Assembly: GCA_051942245.1 (NCBI GenBank)
Contig: JAVECL010000087.1
Location: forward strand, 1 to 57,184
From: Trypethelium eluteriae
Lineage: Eukaryota
Length of the DNA: 57,184 bases
Reading direction: 5' to 3'
The stretch's first letter is position 1. Every line of letters begins with the position of its first letter. The notes below the pieces were generated by a model that saw only the letters and a list, made by a program, of their open reading frames with translations, had not been told where the DNA came from and did no database searches. Of the stretch, positions 1 to 12,992 are shown piece by piece. The translations under genes were made by a program, and so were the position numbers.

Positions 1-251
1 GGTAGGGTCCTTTGGTAGGGTCCTTTGCTTTTAACCTTGTCTGAATCACTCCAAATTTTGACAGCTTATAAAGCAAGCTAAAATGAGCATTTTTTATTAA
101 TTAACCACTATCATAAACTGATTCCTTTAATAAGTTTATGATAGTGGTTAATTAATAAAAAATGCTCATTTTAGCTTGCTTTATAAGCTGTCAAAATTTG
201 GAGTGATTCAGACAAGGTTAAAAGCAAAGGACCCTACCAAAGGACCCTACC
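1..251. repeat. Perfect 119-bp inverted repeat (hairpin) with 13-nt spacer; MITE/foldback-like or telomere-associated
   Basis: Bases 1-119 are the exact reverse complement of 133-251; spacer 120-132 is GATTCCTTTAATA. Each arm ends in a tandem 13-mer (GGTAGGGTCCTTT x2 at 1-26). The core is AT-rich. It may extend beyond the window edge. Confidence 0.95.
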
Positions 252-262
252 CCCTGTCGTGT

Positions 263-302
263 TAACCCTAACCCTATTTTGCTAACAAAAGCAAAGGACC
301 CT
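263..302 (+). repeat. Telomere-like (TAACCC)2 plus a further partial copy of the hairpin arm
   Basis: TAACCCTAACCCTA at 263-276; AAAAGCAAAGGACCCT at 287-302 repeats 220-235. Confidence 0.6.
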
Positions 303-407
303 TATAAGAGTCCTTCGCCCCATATAGGTTAGAAGAAACAGGATCGGAACAGCCGTCATATCTCCCGGAGGCAGGAGAACTCCTCCGCTCTCTCCACGAA
401 CGACTCC

Positions 408-1473
408 ATGAAAAAGAGGACCCCTCAAAACCCAATGCTCGAGTCCAGATTCTCCTCTGGCTATGCGGGCCTCGGATGCCTAAAATCAACATTTGAAGAA
501 TGGAAGAGGATCGGCTCCAATATCGTGACCAACGATGGCAGCGTCAGGCGCGAGTGGGTGAGGATGATCGATTCCGGGCTGGAGGCGCTTGCGCAGAGCA
601 AGCGGCGCATTGATGAGTTCCTACAGGGTAAGAGGTTCGACAATGAACGTGAGTCTAAGGAACCCCTCTGTCTAATGTGTCGAGGTTCTGATGTCGGTTA
701 GGGAGTTGGCGGCGTTTCTGCTTAAGCTGGAGGAAGTCCAGCGCGACTTCAAGTGTAAGATGGATACGACAACACGGTCATTGCGGGATCAAACCCCGCT
801 TCTCAAGAAAGCTCTCGAGAATGATGGCAAGGCGGTAGAGAAGAATGAGACGATTCAGGATTCTCTTCGGCAGGCAATCCGGGTTATCCGTGAACACACT
901 GAAATCGTCGTTCAAATCAGCGCGAGCGACCCGCAAGCCAATGCGCATCAACGAGATGAAAGTGGGAATGCTTGATTTGAATGAGGAGATGATTGTTCTG
1001 AGGATTCTCCCAAGGAGGATCTGCCTAATGAAGATATATTAACGACTACTAGGGACTGGTGCCTTAGCTCTCGGGCCCAGAGCGTCAGGAAAGATTGACG
1101 TCCCTAGAGCGAGCGTATCTTGATGGTTTCTGGGTATTGAGTCTCCGTGCCACACGCGAAAGTCACCCGGACGGCGCGACGTCACGTAGGGATCCTTGGT
1201 CCCTCGTCCAATATGAAGCCGAAGTGTCCGTCTCTGTCAATGCCATGGCGGAGGCACAGATGCACCTGAGGCGACGGAAGTGTCGTGGTCCCGCTCAGAA
1301 TCAAGGCACGTAAAGAACTGGCCGAGCGAGATACGACGTGGCAGGGTCGCTGCTGGGCCGAGAAGGCCATCGATAAGGCCAGGACCGTGCGAACAGCTCT
1401 AGACGAAGACATGGCTGGCCTCCAGACAAGCAGCCTCCGAAGTTCTCGTCTCATCCCTCTCAACTCATCGTAG
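408..1473 (+). pseudogene. Possible decayed hypothetical gene (charged, helical-looking fragments)
   Basis: Successive + ORFs at 408-701, 691-975 and 1285-1473 have protein-like composition. The candidate splice sites do not join them in frame and stops intervene. No family recognised. Confidence 0.25.
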
Positions 1474-3190
1474 GCACGTGACCATAATGACACATAGTCT
1501 CACTCCATGACAACATGATACTAACTGATAGCCACAGCCACGGAGTATGAAATCTTAATACAGCTGTACATCAATGCCTGAGGTCATCCCGTCGCCAGAC
1601 AAGCAAGGCACATTCATCATACTGGGAATTGTCGCCACAGATACAACGTTCCTTCTCAATGGGGCGTTCTACTATCTGAACGTGATTTCTGGACTTCATC
1701 GCCACACAGGAGACGTGTTCCGCAGGAGCAGTTCCATTGCAGTCGTAATCCGCATAAAGTTTGACGATTTCGTGAAGTTCGCTGTTGTAAGCCTTTGTCT
1801 CGGAGATAGCTTTGTTGAGGTTCATTCGATGGTGAGCATTGGAGCATTGCGGACAATCCATCTTTTGTTTATGGACATGATAAGTGTATCCAACGTCTGC
1901 CGAACACAGCGCAAGATATCGGAATGCCCTGCTTAGAGTGAGCGTCTGTAACAGAGATGTATGTTTACAAAACCAACCGGTTGAAAGTCTTTAAGATGTC
2001 AGTGAAACGTGCAAGTGATGAGAGATGAGGCTCTTTCCGGTCCGGGTCTGACGTCTGAATCCTATCGCTTTTTCACAGATACGCTTAATGGCAAGGTTTG
2101 TCTACTCTTGGAGGCCGCAGCTCGAATTGCAATGCTTCGGGTAAGCAACATTGTGGCCACGTCTCGTGCAAGAATGGCAAATTCTCGCTAAAGCGGCGCA
2201 ACTGATATTGGTGCTGCAAACTCATCCATTGCCAGTACTAGAAGCGGCACGCCCAAGGTCGGTACAGGAAGTCCAGCCATGGAAGGATAGGAAACGGCGC
2301 ACGATTGTACTGTCGAGTAGCTCAATTTACCCGGCAGATTCGCTTGAATCGGTTGGCTGCCCTTGGGTCAGCAAAGGCTTGTATGCAAAGACCGACGATT
2401 TTGTTCCAGGTTGGAATCAACCTTATCGCAAGCTGATTCATGACTTTCGCACGGCTGATGTATGACTTTCGCAAGCCATTCTCAATCTGACGAGAGCGCC
2501 TAAAAGATCTCAAGCCATTCTCAACTTCCAATTGATTTGAGATGACCAGCAAGCATCGCAAATTGGATAACCTTTTCGCACGAACTCAAAGGACAGCTTG
2601 CTTCAAGAGGGTCTATACGTCCAAAATGACCCTTCAACCCCCTTCCCAGAGAGCCAGAGGTATCGGGATATGAGACATCCAGCAAGAGCTCCCTCGTCTC
2701 ACCACAAGCTCCTCATGCCATTTTCCGTGTTCCTCCTCCAAGCCAAAATGTGTTCGTTGTCCAGCAACGCACTAGTCTGAAAGACGCGTCGGAGGTGGAA
2801 GCGGGGGAAGAGGTCAGCGAAGGTGGAAGCCGAGGCTTCCCGTGAAGGTAATCGAGAAGATCGCCAGGAGAATTGAGGTAGCGAAGGCTGAAGCGGAGGA
2901 GACTGAAGAGGTTTGTTGAGGAGGGAAGGTCGCTGATAAAATCGGGGGCTTCGTGAAAAGAGGAACGTAGGGTGCCGTCATCGAAACAAGAGCCCTGAGT
3001 CTATCGCTTAGAGTTTGTGGTCCTCTGGAGGAGCTGAGATCGACGAACGTGAGAAGCCTGTCGAGTTTGCTAGCTTTTGCGATCTGGATTCAGAGGGTAC
3101 ATCCGCTAGCGACAGCATCATCGTCATTAGCATGGAACTTCATGTGATGGAAAGTATGCCGTGCGCGCTTCCACATTTTATCTCCGTTGA

Positions 3191-3370
3191 TCACTCAGCA
3201 CCACGCGACCCGATAGATTGCATGATGAGCTTTGCGCTGAGGGATTGGAGGTCGGAGGATTGCGAGGGATTACGTATCATGCTGTGAGCGGTGTGGAATT
3301 GCACGACGAGTTGGCGGATTAGATGGCGAGCGACTTTGCTGGAGCCGCCGAAAATAAGAGTGGTTGGTAT
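3191..3370 (-). pseudogene. Truncated NAD(P)-binding Rossmann protein (NAD_binding_10 / YMR090W-like) remnant
   Basis: Translation IPTTLIFGGSSKVARHLIRQLV..HTAHSMIRNPSQSSDLQSLSAKLIMQSI resembles the N-terminus of this family. The expected start codon reads ATA in a good context (CAAAC-ATA), the glycine motif reads GGSS instead of GGSG, and a stop follows after about 59 codons. Confidence 0.65.
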
Positions 3371-5129
3371 GTTTGACAGAGATCTAATCTTCAGGCACTT
3401 GAAGGAATCGGTTTGACAGGATTTATATCTCGGGTAATGCCAAAAACGCTGATCTCTCAATTATGGGTTACTGTAAAGAGTACACATTCAAGCGGGCAGT
3501 AGATGGAGCTTGCGAGTCAATTGCAGATACTGGCAGCTCATCAGATGCTGAAGGATGAAGATGGGATTGTAACGAGATGAGATGGCGTAAGAAGCGGAAC
3601 CATCCCAACCGTTCCCCGCGCTCGTAGAAGCTGAGCTTGTAGTACCTTATGATCATCACTTACCTCTCGTGCCTCTCACCAAACGTTTTGCAGGCTTCGA
3701 AACGAGATGTGCCTTACGAGAAACCGGTCTGAAAGCAATAATTAAATCTCTCAGCTCAAGTACCACCGGACATCCCTAGGTCTGAAAACCTCTTAAGCTT
3801 CAACTGCAATCATTTCGGGATCAAACTTGCTCCACAGGCGAGAGTTTTGTACATAGTAAGCAACACAATTTGACTTGCTGTCTTATTATGATTCGACCAG
3901 ATCTTGATTAGGAGGCGGCCTTGTCGAGGATGCAGTTCTTGATACAGTACAACATGCCACCCACGCTTTACTTTACACAATTTGAGCTGCAGATCCTCAA
4001 CATCCAGGGCAATGACTTCATAAATGTTTCATGTCGTCTGTGCAAGGTATAGACAGTTCTCAATAGCAAAAGTGACTTAGTCTCAAAAACGAAAGGCGAA
4101 AAAGCAATTTCACTGTTCGTCAATGTCTTTGTTCTTGCTATCTCAAAGAGTCACGAAGCCATTTATAAGAATTGCTATGGGCGTTCTACAACGCTTAAAA
4201 ATCGTGTCATTCGTCCCTTGTCAGTGCTATTCTAAGTGAGCACGCCTCATCTTGAAAGAAACGTTGCAGCTGTGCGTAACAAATGGTTAGAGAAGTGTCT
4301 GAAGACCCCAAGATGCCCCACAAAGTAACGGTCAACCACAGTTGAGGTCATCTTCAATGCTACGACAAGTCACAGCACTTACTCATTGATACCCGCGCGA
4401 CTGTGCGAAAGATCAATGCAAATACCAAGTGCTATGATTGCATCGTAGAGTTACCCAAGTGTAAGAAGACATGGGACAAAAAGTCCGGAGATCGAGAAGA
4501 GATACGATAAAGATTCATGTCTGAGCACATAACGATGTGGTTGGAGTTGCGTTAGCTTGAAGACATGTAATGTTGCATATTGAGATACACCAATCAGATC
4601 TCACGGAAAATCTCATTTATCCTAAACAGGTATCTACATAGCCATGTCCTCAGCTCTGGAAGATGATGCTGCAGCACACGATCATATAATACCTTAAGAA
4701 ATCCCATGTTCCTCTCTGTTGAGGTTGGGTGTCTCGGTACTGCATCCTTTTTACTCGGTTTCCCGGAACATAGCCTGCTGTTTTCGGCCGCCGTCTTCGT
4801 GAACGTGGGGGCTAAAATGAAGGTCAGCTACACAGCCTCCCCCTTCAACGTGCTTTAACATTTTTTACTATTGTATGATTCGTGACAATCGTATAACATC
4901 CATACATCTCGAATCTGTATGACATCACAACAGGGGATGTAGTACAGACTTATTCCATTACGTCCCGCGTCTAATTGCTGTGCAATCTGCTGTGTCATAA
5001 TCAGCTGAGATGAAATGAGAATTCCAGGCGACCCTCGGAGACTGCACGCAATGTAAATTTCCTTTGTATATAACTTGAAGCTCTATCTCCCTTGTCTCGA
5101 AATTCAACCGTACGGATTCATTAATAAAA

Positions 5130-6323
5130 ATGCATCTCTTCCTTGGCATTCTCGCTTTCAGCATCTCTCCTCTTGTGCTCGCCTCGAATCTCACAACCAT
5201 TCCTGACGATCTTGGTCCTTATCCGATCTCCATAACTACACACGTCCTCCAAACGTCCCGCAATGACACTCTTGCTCCCACTCCACAATTCCGACGACTC
5301 CTATTCAACACGTACGCCCCCGTCTTCACTCCCGACTTCACCTGTCCCTCTCAAACCAACATTCCCTACATGCCACCCGCCACCCTCTCTTTCTTCGATA
5401 CCCAGCTCTCCACCACCTACGGCGTTCCCTCGGGCACCATCTACCGTCTTCGCCTCCAGAATTGCACGTCGCCATCCTCCTCCCCCCTTACAGCCGCTCA
5501 CGCCCCGCTCATAATTTTCTCACCCGGAGCCGGAGCAAGCTTATATGACTATCAAACCTACCTCTCCGCCATCGCCAGCTCGGGCTTCACAGTCATCGTC
5601 ATTGACCACACTTACGACGCGGCCATCGTCGAATTCCCCGACGGCACTCTCGCGTTCAATAACTACCCACCAGAGGAGAGCAATGGCACAATAGCGCAGC
5701 AGGACTATATCAATGGCGATGTGCTTGCGCCGCTGAGAGTTGCGGATGTTCAGAGCGTGCTAAATGCCGTGGAACAAGGAAGCATAGCTGGGCTGGAAGG
5801 ATTTGCGGGGGTAAATGGAACAAAGGTGAAGGCTGGAATTATGGGACATTCGCTAGGTGGTACGACGGCAATCTTGGCGGCTGCGACAGATGAGAGGATT
5901 GTCGGGGCAATGGGTATGGACGGGACGCTAATAGGAGAGGTGTTGAACAAGACCGTGAAGGTACCGGTGTTTATATTTGAGAGTGAGGGCAGTGTGACCT
6001 CGGGAAACAGGGTTGGGCCGAGTTTCAATGCGTCGTGGCATAATTGGGAATCGCGTAAAGAATGGGTGGTCATCAATGGAACGGCGCATGATTCTTTTAC
6101 AGATCTGGTCGTGGCAGCAGATCTTTTGGATGTGAGAGGCGCACTTCCACCGGCCAGTGCACAGGTGATCGGAACAATTGGTGGAGTGAGGATGACGAAT
6201 CTGCTGTGGAGATGGGGCGTAGGGTTTTTCGGGAATGTATTGAAGGGACAGGAAGAAGGATCGTTCTTCAAGGACCCTAGTATTGAGTTTCCAGAAGTCA
6301 ACATTGTCAGATCCAATCTCTGA
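5130..6323 (+). CDS. Secreted alpha/beta hydrolase, PAF-acetylhydrolase/chlorophyllase-like family
   Basis: Intronless 397-aa ORF with hydrophobic signal peptide, PLIIFSPGAG, IDHTYDA..VEFPDG, nucleophile elbow GHSLGG, MDG and GTAHDSFTD motifs. Confidence 0.9.
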   Translation: MHLFLGILAFSISPLVLASNLTTIPDDLGPYPISITTHVLQTSRNDTLAPTPQFRRLLFNTYAPVFTPDFTCPSQTNIPYMPPATLSFFDTQLSTTYGVPSGTIYRLRLQNCTSPSSSPLTAAHAPLIIFSPGAGASLYDYQTYLSAIASSGFTVIVIDHTYDAAIVEFPDGTLAFNNYPPEESNGTIAQQDYINGDVLAPLRVADVQSVLNAVEQGSIAGLEGFAGVNGTKVKAGIMGHSLGGTTAILAAATDERIVGAMGMDGTLIGEVLNKTVKVPVFIFESEGSVTSGNRVGPSFNASWHNWESRKEWVVINGTAHDSFTDLVVAADLLDVRGALPPASAQVIGTIGGVRMTNLLWRWGVGFFGNVLKGQEEGSFFKDPSIEFPEVNIVRSNL

Positions 6324-8885
6324 ATCGGAGATTTGTATATTGCAAGCAGCTATCATACATATAGAGCGAAGAAGGCGGACTTACCTCTCTCATCCGTTTT
6401 CCTACTCCTTATGTCTCACTTTTGTTAACGCTCTCCACCCTTTCATCGGCCGACGAAGCCTTAAGAACCTCATCTCCAAAGTCTGAACACGTTTCTGCCA
6501 TCTCCTACGCACCATCCTCAAAGTTCTTGCCTACTCCCTCCATTCTATATTAAAGATGGTGGAAGCCAACTCAACAGCGTCAAGCAAAGCGTGACTGTTT
6601 CCTTCGTCTGCGAAAATACGTATCGCATGTACAGTCTCCTATGGAGATTGACCGTTATGAAGCTCGCGCACCAATCGACTAACGCAAAGGCTTCCGCTTG
6701 CACATGTGCCAAAGGTAAAGGTCATCATCTGCCGTGAGTGTGCGATCGACAAGATCATTGTAAGGTCGTGCTAGGCGTGGAAAGGAGCTAGGATGGAAGG
6801 GAGTAAAGGTTCTTTTGAATCCGGTCGAATGCATGCTCCGAAGACGCAGGCGAGTCGTTGAGCGACGTCGTTTGGGACAGCTCCGGTGGAAGGCAGATTG
6901 TCTAGCTCGAGCGCACATTGATATTGTCACTATTAACAATTGACCAGCCGAGATTCATGTTATCAGCGACACCAATGGTGACGTTCGTGTATTCGAGATG
7001 CGGTGCTAATGTTGTATCGAACTTCAAGCGGGTCAGAGTGCGTTGCCAGTTATAGACATTTGTGGGGATGACTGATGAATTGGCATTGAGAAGGCATTTC
7101 CGGACTACTTCAGATTAGCTTTTGCAAGACTGATGCATTGACCGAACTCAGCTTCTTCCATTGGTACTGATCATCGTCGATGATAGAATTCGGAAGGTTG
7201 AGTGGATTGGTGGTTAGGTTCGGGTACATTTCTCCAGGTGGAGCGCACAGACCCTTAGGTGACTGGGTCTGCTCTGCACACATAAGCGGAGGGTTGAACA
7301 GGTAGAGCTTTCGCAGAAAAATGCTTGTACATTAATTCATCTACTAGAAAGAAAAGTGGAAAGCGTAAAACTCTCTGATAACTGACCAGTCGATATTCTC
7401 GCCATCGGTTCGCATCATGATCTCTCTTCGATGTCGGCACATCTCGGTGGCCTCCTCGGTGCCCTTCTTACATTATCCACCATCAAGGCTCTTATTGTAG
7501 TTCTCACTCTGGTCTTGAGTAACTCTGCTGCTTTACAGAACTGGGGGAAGACAGTTATGGCATTTGCAGCTCCCGAGATGTCGCGTGAAGCTGTCAAGCG
7601 TCGGGGAGATCTCCTGGTCATATTTGCATGACCCAGGTGCAGAGATTCATAATTGGGAGAAGCAGAAACGCATGGTGGAAGTTCTCCTATTACTGTGGAC
7701 GTGGGGTCAAAATTCAGCGTTCTAAATGAGCGTGAACCTCATCTATATTCCACATATACGTGCATGAGCTATTCGTGGGAAAAATCGCCTATCCTAATTT
7801 GATCATTTCTGGGTGTGTGAGCGTTACGTGGAATTTTTCTGACCATAAGTCCAAGCAGGCCGGGATTGCCCTTGGAAAAGTGAGCGGAAGAGCAATATCC
7901 GATGTTAGCTTTCCACTAAAAGTATCTTGTTTTAAGAGGAAAACTTCTTGCATCCCAGCGCGTGTGGGTGTTTATCACCATCTCCTGCTTACAACGTTTA
8001 CACCTCGGTCGTGAACAATGTTCATTCACATCGCAGATTGTCCAACACCCCCCTGGAATAGTATAAACATGCATCAATGGAGTACTGCATTCAATTTCTC
8101 GGAACAAAAACTGGGAGGTAGGGTTGCACCTAGAACATGGCATCTAGGAAACTATCGCGAGCCAAGATGAGATGATCCTGTTTCGATTCCTGGTCGCCGG
8201 GTTCGGCTGGAGACATGCCCTTTTCAGGAACATCATGGGTTCGTTAAATGTCCTGAGTGTTCTTGGGATCAGCACAAGACAATAGCAACGGTTAGTTTAA
8301 AGTCAAGGGTAAGTGGGACTCAACTAAAAATAGGACTTAGGTTCGGATAGCTGCTTCAAGTAGAAAAGATCTGCATGCGGCGGACGCCGTTTCCAGTATC
8401 GTTTGCCCACCTTTCAACGCATATCTGAAGAAATTAAGATGGCGTCTTGCAGGTTTCTATCGGCCGTAGGCGCTGTCCGTGCTGAGGGTCAAAGTACGAC
8501 GAATGATCAGCCGGTCGAAGGCTGATATCCACCATCTCGGCAGCGCCCGGTAAAAGGAGTGGAGAGTGTTCAGAAGCTTGTGAAATAGAACGGCGGACAC
8601 CATATACGGTAAGATTACTATGATGATTTCGTGAGGGCTGACGTTCACATAGACTCTCAACCCTCACTACCGTTACAATCAGTTAGCGTTAGAGTAGCGT
8701 ATTGCGTGTCTAGATACATCTGCGCGTGATAATCTACATTTCTTTTCTTTTTGAAGTTCATTGCGTTGCTTACTGTCGTTACTGACTGCTCTACTTCTAT
8801 CGTCATTACTCTCGTATAAGGCGCACTCCACCCAGTGATCTCGTTAAATCAACTTGATCTCTTGTCTTCGCAAGCACGGTTCATA

Positions 8886-10586
8886 ATGTTTCCCTTGTTC
8901 GGTATATCACGATCTCTCCTCGGATTTCTCTTAGCTACGCGTCTTGCATTGGCCCAGAGCAATGTTACACTCTCTGCTTGTAAAGCAATCTACGCCGAAT
9001 ACCCAAGTCACCTAGCTCTTGATCCACTTGGACCGCTTGGATCGGAAACCATTTCCCAGGACTCTCTTTATGCCTCTACAAATACAGATTACTGGAATGA
9101 AGGGAATAGCAAGAATCGCGCCGCATGCGCTTTCTTTCCCGGCTCGGCAGAAGAGGTGTCATACGCCGTCAAGGTTCTTAACAATTACACGAACGTCCAG
9201 TATGCCCTCAAATCTGGCGGACACAATCCCAACTTCGGTTTCAGTAGTGTTAATCAAGGCATTCTGATCTCATTCCGACCCAATCTGGCGAACACAACCA
9301 TCAGTACTGATCATTCTACTGCGGACGTTGGGCCTGGTAGTCGATGGGATGAGGCTCTTACAGTTCTTGATCAGTACGGCAAGGCAATCGTTGGAGGACG
9401 TCTTGGTCACGTAGGCGTGGGTGGATATATTCTTGGAGGAGGGCTCAGCTTTCTGACTAGTCAATATGTGAGTCGAGAGACCGTGGGCGCTGGATCGTCC
9501 GTACACTCTTCTGACACGACAAAGGGCTTTGCTGCAGACACTCTCGTCAATGTCGAGTGCGTCACTGCTAACGGTACCATCATCAACGCGAATCGAACTA
9601 GTAATTCAGATATCTTCTTTGCTATGCAAGGTGGAGGCAATCAATTTGGAATTGTCACAAAATATACGCTCAAGACCTTTGATATCGGTCAGGTATGGGG
9701 TGGTACCAAAGTTTACGCAGGTACTGACCATGAAGCTATTCTTGCTGCAACTGCAGAATTTACAGAGAATTTCACGGATCCTAAAGCAGCGATTATCGTT
9801 ACGAATGACTTTGCGCTTGATGATCTTGCTAGCCTCATTGTCATGTTTTACTTCTACGATGGACCGACTCCACCGGCTGGTATCTTTGATGAGTTTGACA
9901 AAGTCACTCCAATCTCGAGTAACGTATCAACACAAAGTTATCCAAGCTTGCTCACGGCCAACAACGCTTACTCACTGTCCGGTTTTCGGTATCAGATCAG
10001 AGAGGGTACCTATCCAAATCTTCCTCACGACAACATGACGGCATTCTATGACTACCACTACACATCGTTTCAGAAGCAAGCTTTCGCATATATGGCTCAA
10101 AGTCTAGACATACAAATCTTCAGCTTTGCCATCCAGCCCTTACCGGTAGCTTTGAAGCAATCGTCTGCTGACGCCGGTGGCAATCGCTTGGGCCTTGATG
10201 CCGCGAACGGAGGTACAGTTTGACAATCGCACGAGATTCATTTCGTTCTACTGACTCTTCAAGACACAATTTTCATGGAGTACGACGTATCATGGCTCAA
10301 TCCCACCTGCGATAATCTTTGCCCTGGCTATTTGGAAACTATGGTCAACTCGGTCAAGAGCTATCAGCAATCGACTTATGGCGGCATTGCTCCCACTAAT
10401 TACAAGTCCGGAGACATCAGCTGGATATCTTATAATCCGATCTTTCCGAACGACGGCATGTACGACCAGCAGGTCCTGCAAAGCTTTGGCAACAGCACTT
10501 ATCAACAGCTCAAAACGATCCAGCAACGCCAAGATCCCAACGGGTTTTTCTCACAGCGCCAAGGAGGGTTCAAATTCAGCACATAG
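8886..10586 (+). CDS. Secreted FAD-linked oxidoreductase (FAD_binding_4 / BBE-like)
   Basis: Signal peptide from ATG 8886; KSGGH flavinylation motif, VGVGGYILGGG, GGGNQFGIVT and C-terminal DPNGFF. Introns 9468-9524 (GTGAGT..AAG) and 10213-10263 (GTACAG..AAG) restore the frame. Confidence 0.9.
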
Positions 10587-11912
10587 ATCATACGATTCGG
10601 AAAGTGTTCAGTCGCAAGCTCTCGTCGTTTATTCATACATCCTCATATTTCGAATGCTCTCACCCAAACTTTCGAATTCGGTCTCCGGCAAGGTTCTACT
10701 TTTCATTGAGCAAGCTAGGACTTCGTGTAGAAGACAGGTCACCATATTTGGGGCAGCAAAGGGAAGAGCGTGCTCGAGATCTTTCATGCTTCTACAATGT
10801 GTCTTTAGCCATGAAAAATCCTTTAATACATCGAGACCACAAGCAGTTGTACATCATTCAAAGTCTCTTCAAAAGCCTTCCTGGTCATGTGGAGAATTTG
10901 GACTCTTGTATATACCTCTTATATAAACTCCATGAGATTCAATTGAGATATCGTTAGACTCTCACAAACATGTGGAGGTTATGACATCAGCCAGTTTTTT
11001 TCCATATTTGACCCACAACGTTGACCAAGATTTGTAGGGACTGGGCGAAGGAGGAAAGCTCGCTTCGGAGCCTTCGACGTCTATGGATTAGAGAAATACA
11101 GTACGAATAGCGGTATCACGCCTATGACTTGGTAGCCCTTCTCTTCGATCCCGGTCGCTTCCCCTTCCATTTCTACTGTCTGCTCCCATCTTGAAGGCGA
11201 ACTTCTCTAGAACTGTTAACTGAAGAATGCCCCCCAAACACCCGCCCTTTCTTTGTTTTCCCCCTTGGCCATGGCCAGATTTTTGCAAGCCAGTCTCTTA
11301 CATTTCGTTCGACCTTGCAGAGATCTTCAACTTCCATCTGAAGATTGCGCCGACGTCATTGAGTTTTGCTACGTACTCGAGAAAGACCTCACAACTAAGC
11401 ACATGACTTAGTGATTTTAAGGTGTGAATTTATCCTGCGGCACAAAAGACTTAGAGCCACAACTCTGATGTCACACCCGAAGCCTAGACATACTATGCCT
11501 CTCTCGCTCATTAATATAGACTAGGCATGCTGGAAACTGCTAATTAGAACACACGAAGGAGATTCACTTCCTTCATTAGTCCAAACTTCGTACTCTACCC
11601 CCTGTTCTACTGCATCGTCTTTATCGCAACATCGTGTCAGACAAATCCATAGGTTTTCGCACTTTCACTCTCATAAACGTTATGTCAAATTGAAAGAGCA
11701 TTCAGGCTTCGACGAGGAGATAGATGATCCATATTCCAAAGATACAGCCGTACCTTGCCATCTGAGTAGATGTGACTGTGTCTTAGAATCTCATGTGGAG
11801 CTTCAGGGCTGACGAGGTGATTTGAAGAAGAGATACGGCTGCTGAGTTGATCCACCATCGATTTTTACAAACCTTCCGAGTAAGTACTTTCCCATAGCCG
11901 TTGAATCGCTGT

Positions 11913-11943
11913 TGGAGACCCTCCTGGAGACCCTCCTGGAGAC
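11913..11943 (+). repeat. Short tandem repeat, 12-bp unit TGGAGACCCTCC x~2.6
   Basis: Read directly from the sequence. Confidence 0.7.
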
Positions 11944-12718
11944 GTGCAGTCAAACTCTCTCCCGCACTCTTTTGCCCTGTACATCGAGCCTTGAAGCTTT
12001 GCAAATAGCGTGTTTAAGATGTGCTAGCTCTTGAACAATGACTTCTTCCAAATCTCGGTCTGTATTCATTCCAGGACTTTAGATGCAGGGCAACAAGATG
12101 GACATCTTCGCTTCTTCAGACTCAACGTGGTCAAGCTACTTTATACAATGTTATGAAGTCATGAAAAATGCGATTGTACAGACGGATAGAATTGCAACGA
12201 ATCAGTCTTCTCCCGAAAACGGCGGCAACATTTCCTCTAATCTTTAGTAACGTCGCCTACCCATCGAAGATCAGAAATCCCCCATGCAACAATATTCCCT
12301 ACGACGTATTAGGCTCACGATCAGGTTCAAATTGAGTAGTTTTGGCCTGTCAGTATAGCTAGCAAGACTACCTAGGTACTGAGCGTGTCAGCCGACACGA
12401 ATGACGTATTTGCCCGCTAAGAATTGAGAAGCCGAACGCAGAACAATGTGACCCGGAAGAATGGAATTAGATATGCCACTGAAACCCATTGGCAGCGGAG
12501 TGCATTATACCCGACCTGTCGCGCATCTACTCATATATAGCTCTTGGAACACCACACGGCGCTCTTTTTCCCGAACTCCACGTGACTGGTGTCCCACATT
12601 TATCCTTGTTGGGGTCTGGGATTTTCGTCGATCATAAATTAGGATTGCAATATTCTGCCCTGCAGAACCCCGGGACCACGGACCGACGGAACTGTGTACT
12701 TGTTTAAGGTTCTCTCAC

Positions 12719-12725
12719 GGCTAAA
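12719..12725 (+). promoter_or_regulatory. Candidate XlnR/XYR1 site GGCTAAA upstream of the CE15 gene
   Basis: Exact consensus about 270 bp before ATG 12993. CreA-type SYGGRG (GCGGAG) at 12871-12876. Confidence 0.35.
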
Positions 12726-12992
12726 TATCCTCTCGATGATCAATAGAATCTGATAGGTCAGAACCGTAGAATGGTCAGGACTCTTATAATACACTCTGGG
12801 AGATGTTGCGGATAAAGCTTTTATACGGTTAAATGAGAATATAATCATCAAGTTCAAGTATTTCAAGGTCGCGGAGCGCCTTTAAATTCACTGAATGCTC
12901 CGTTCACTTCAACAAACTTGTTTAGCAACTACACACTCAGTGCCACATCAACAAAGGCAACTCATCTGAGATAGGATTCCTATTCCGCAATC

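Noticed and set aside
1571..1861. Cys/His-rich 96-aa minus-strand ORF
   Set aside because: No recognisable domain spacing, signal peptide or convincing gene structure.
6600..8700. Protein-like fragments between the hydrolase and FAD oxidoreductase genes
   Set aside because: Short, stop-interrupted and not assignable to any family by eye.
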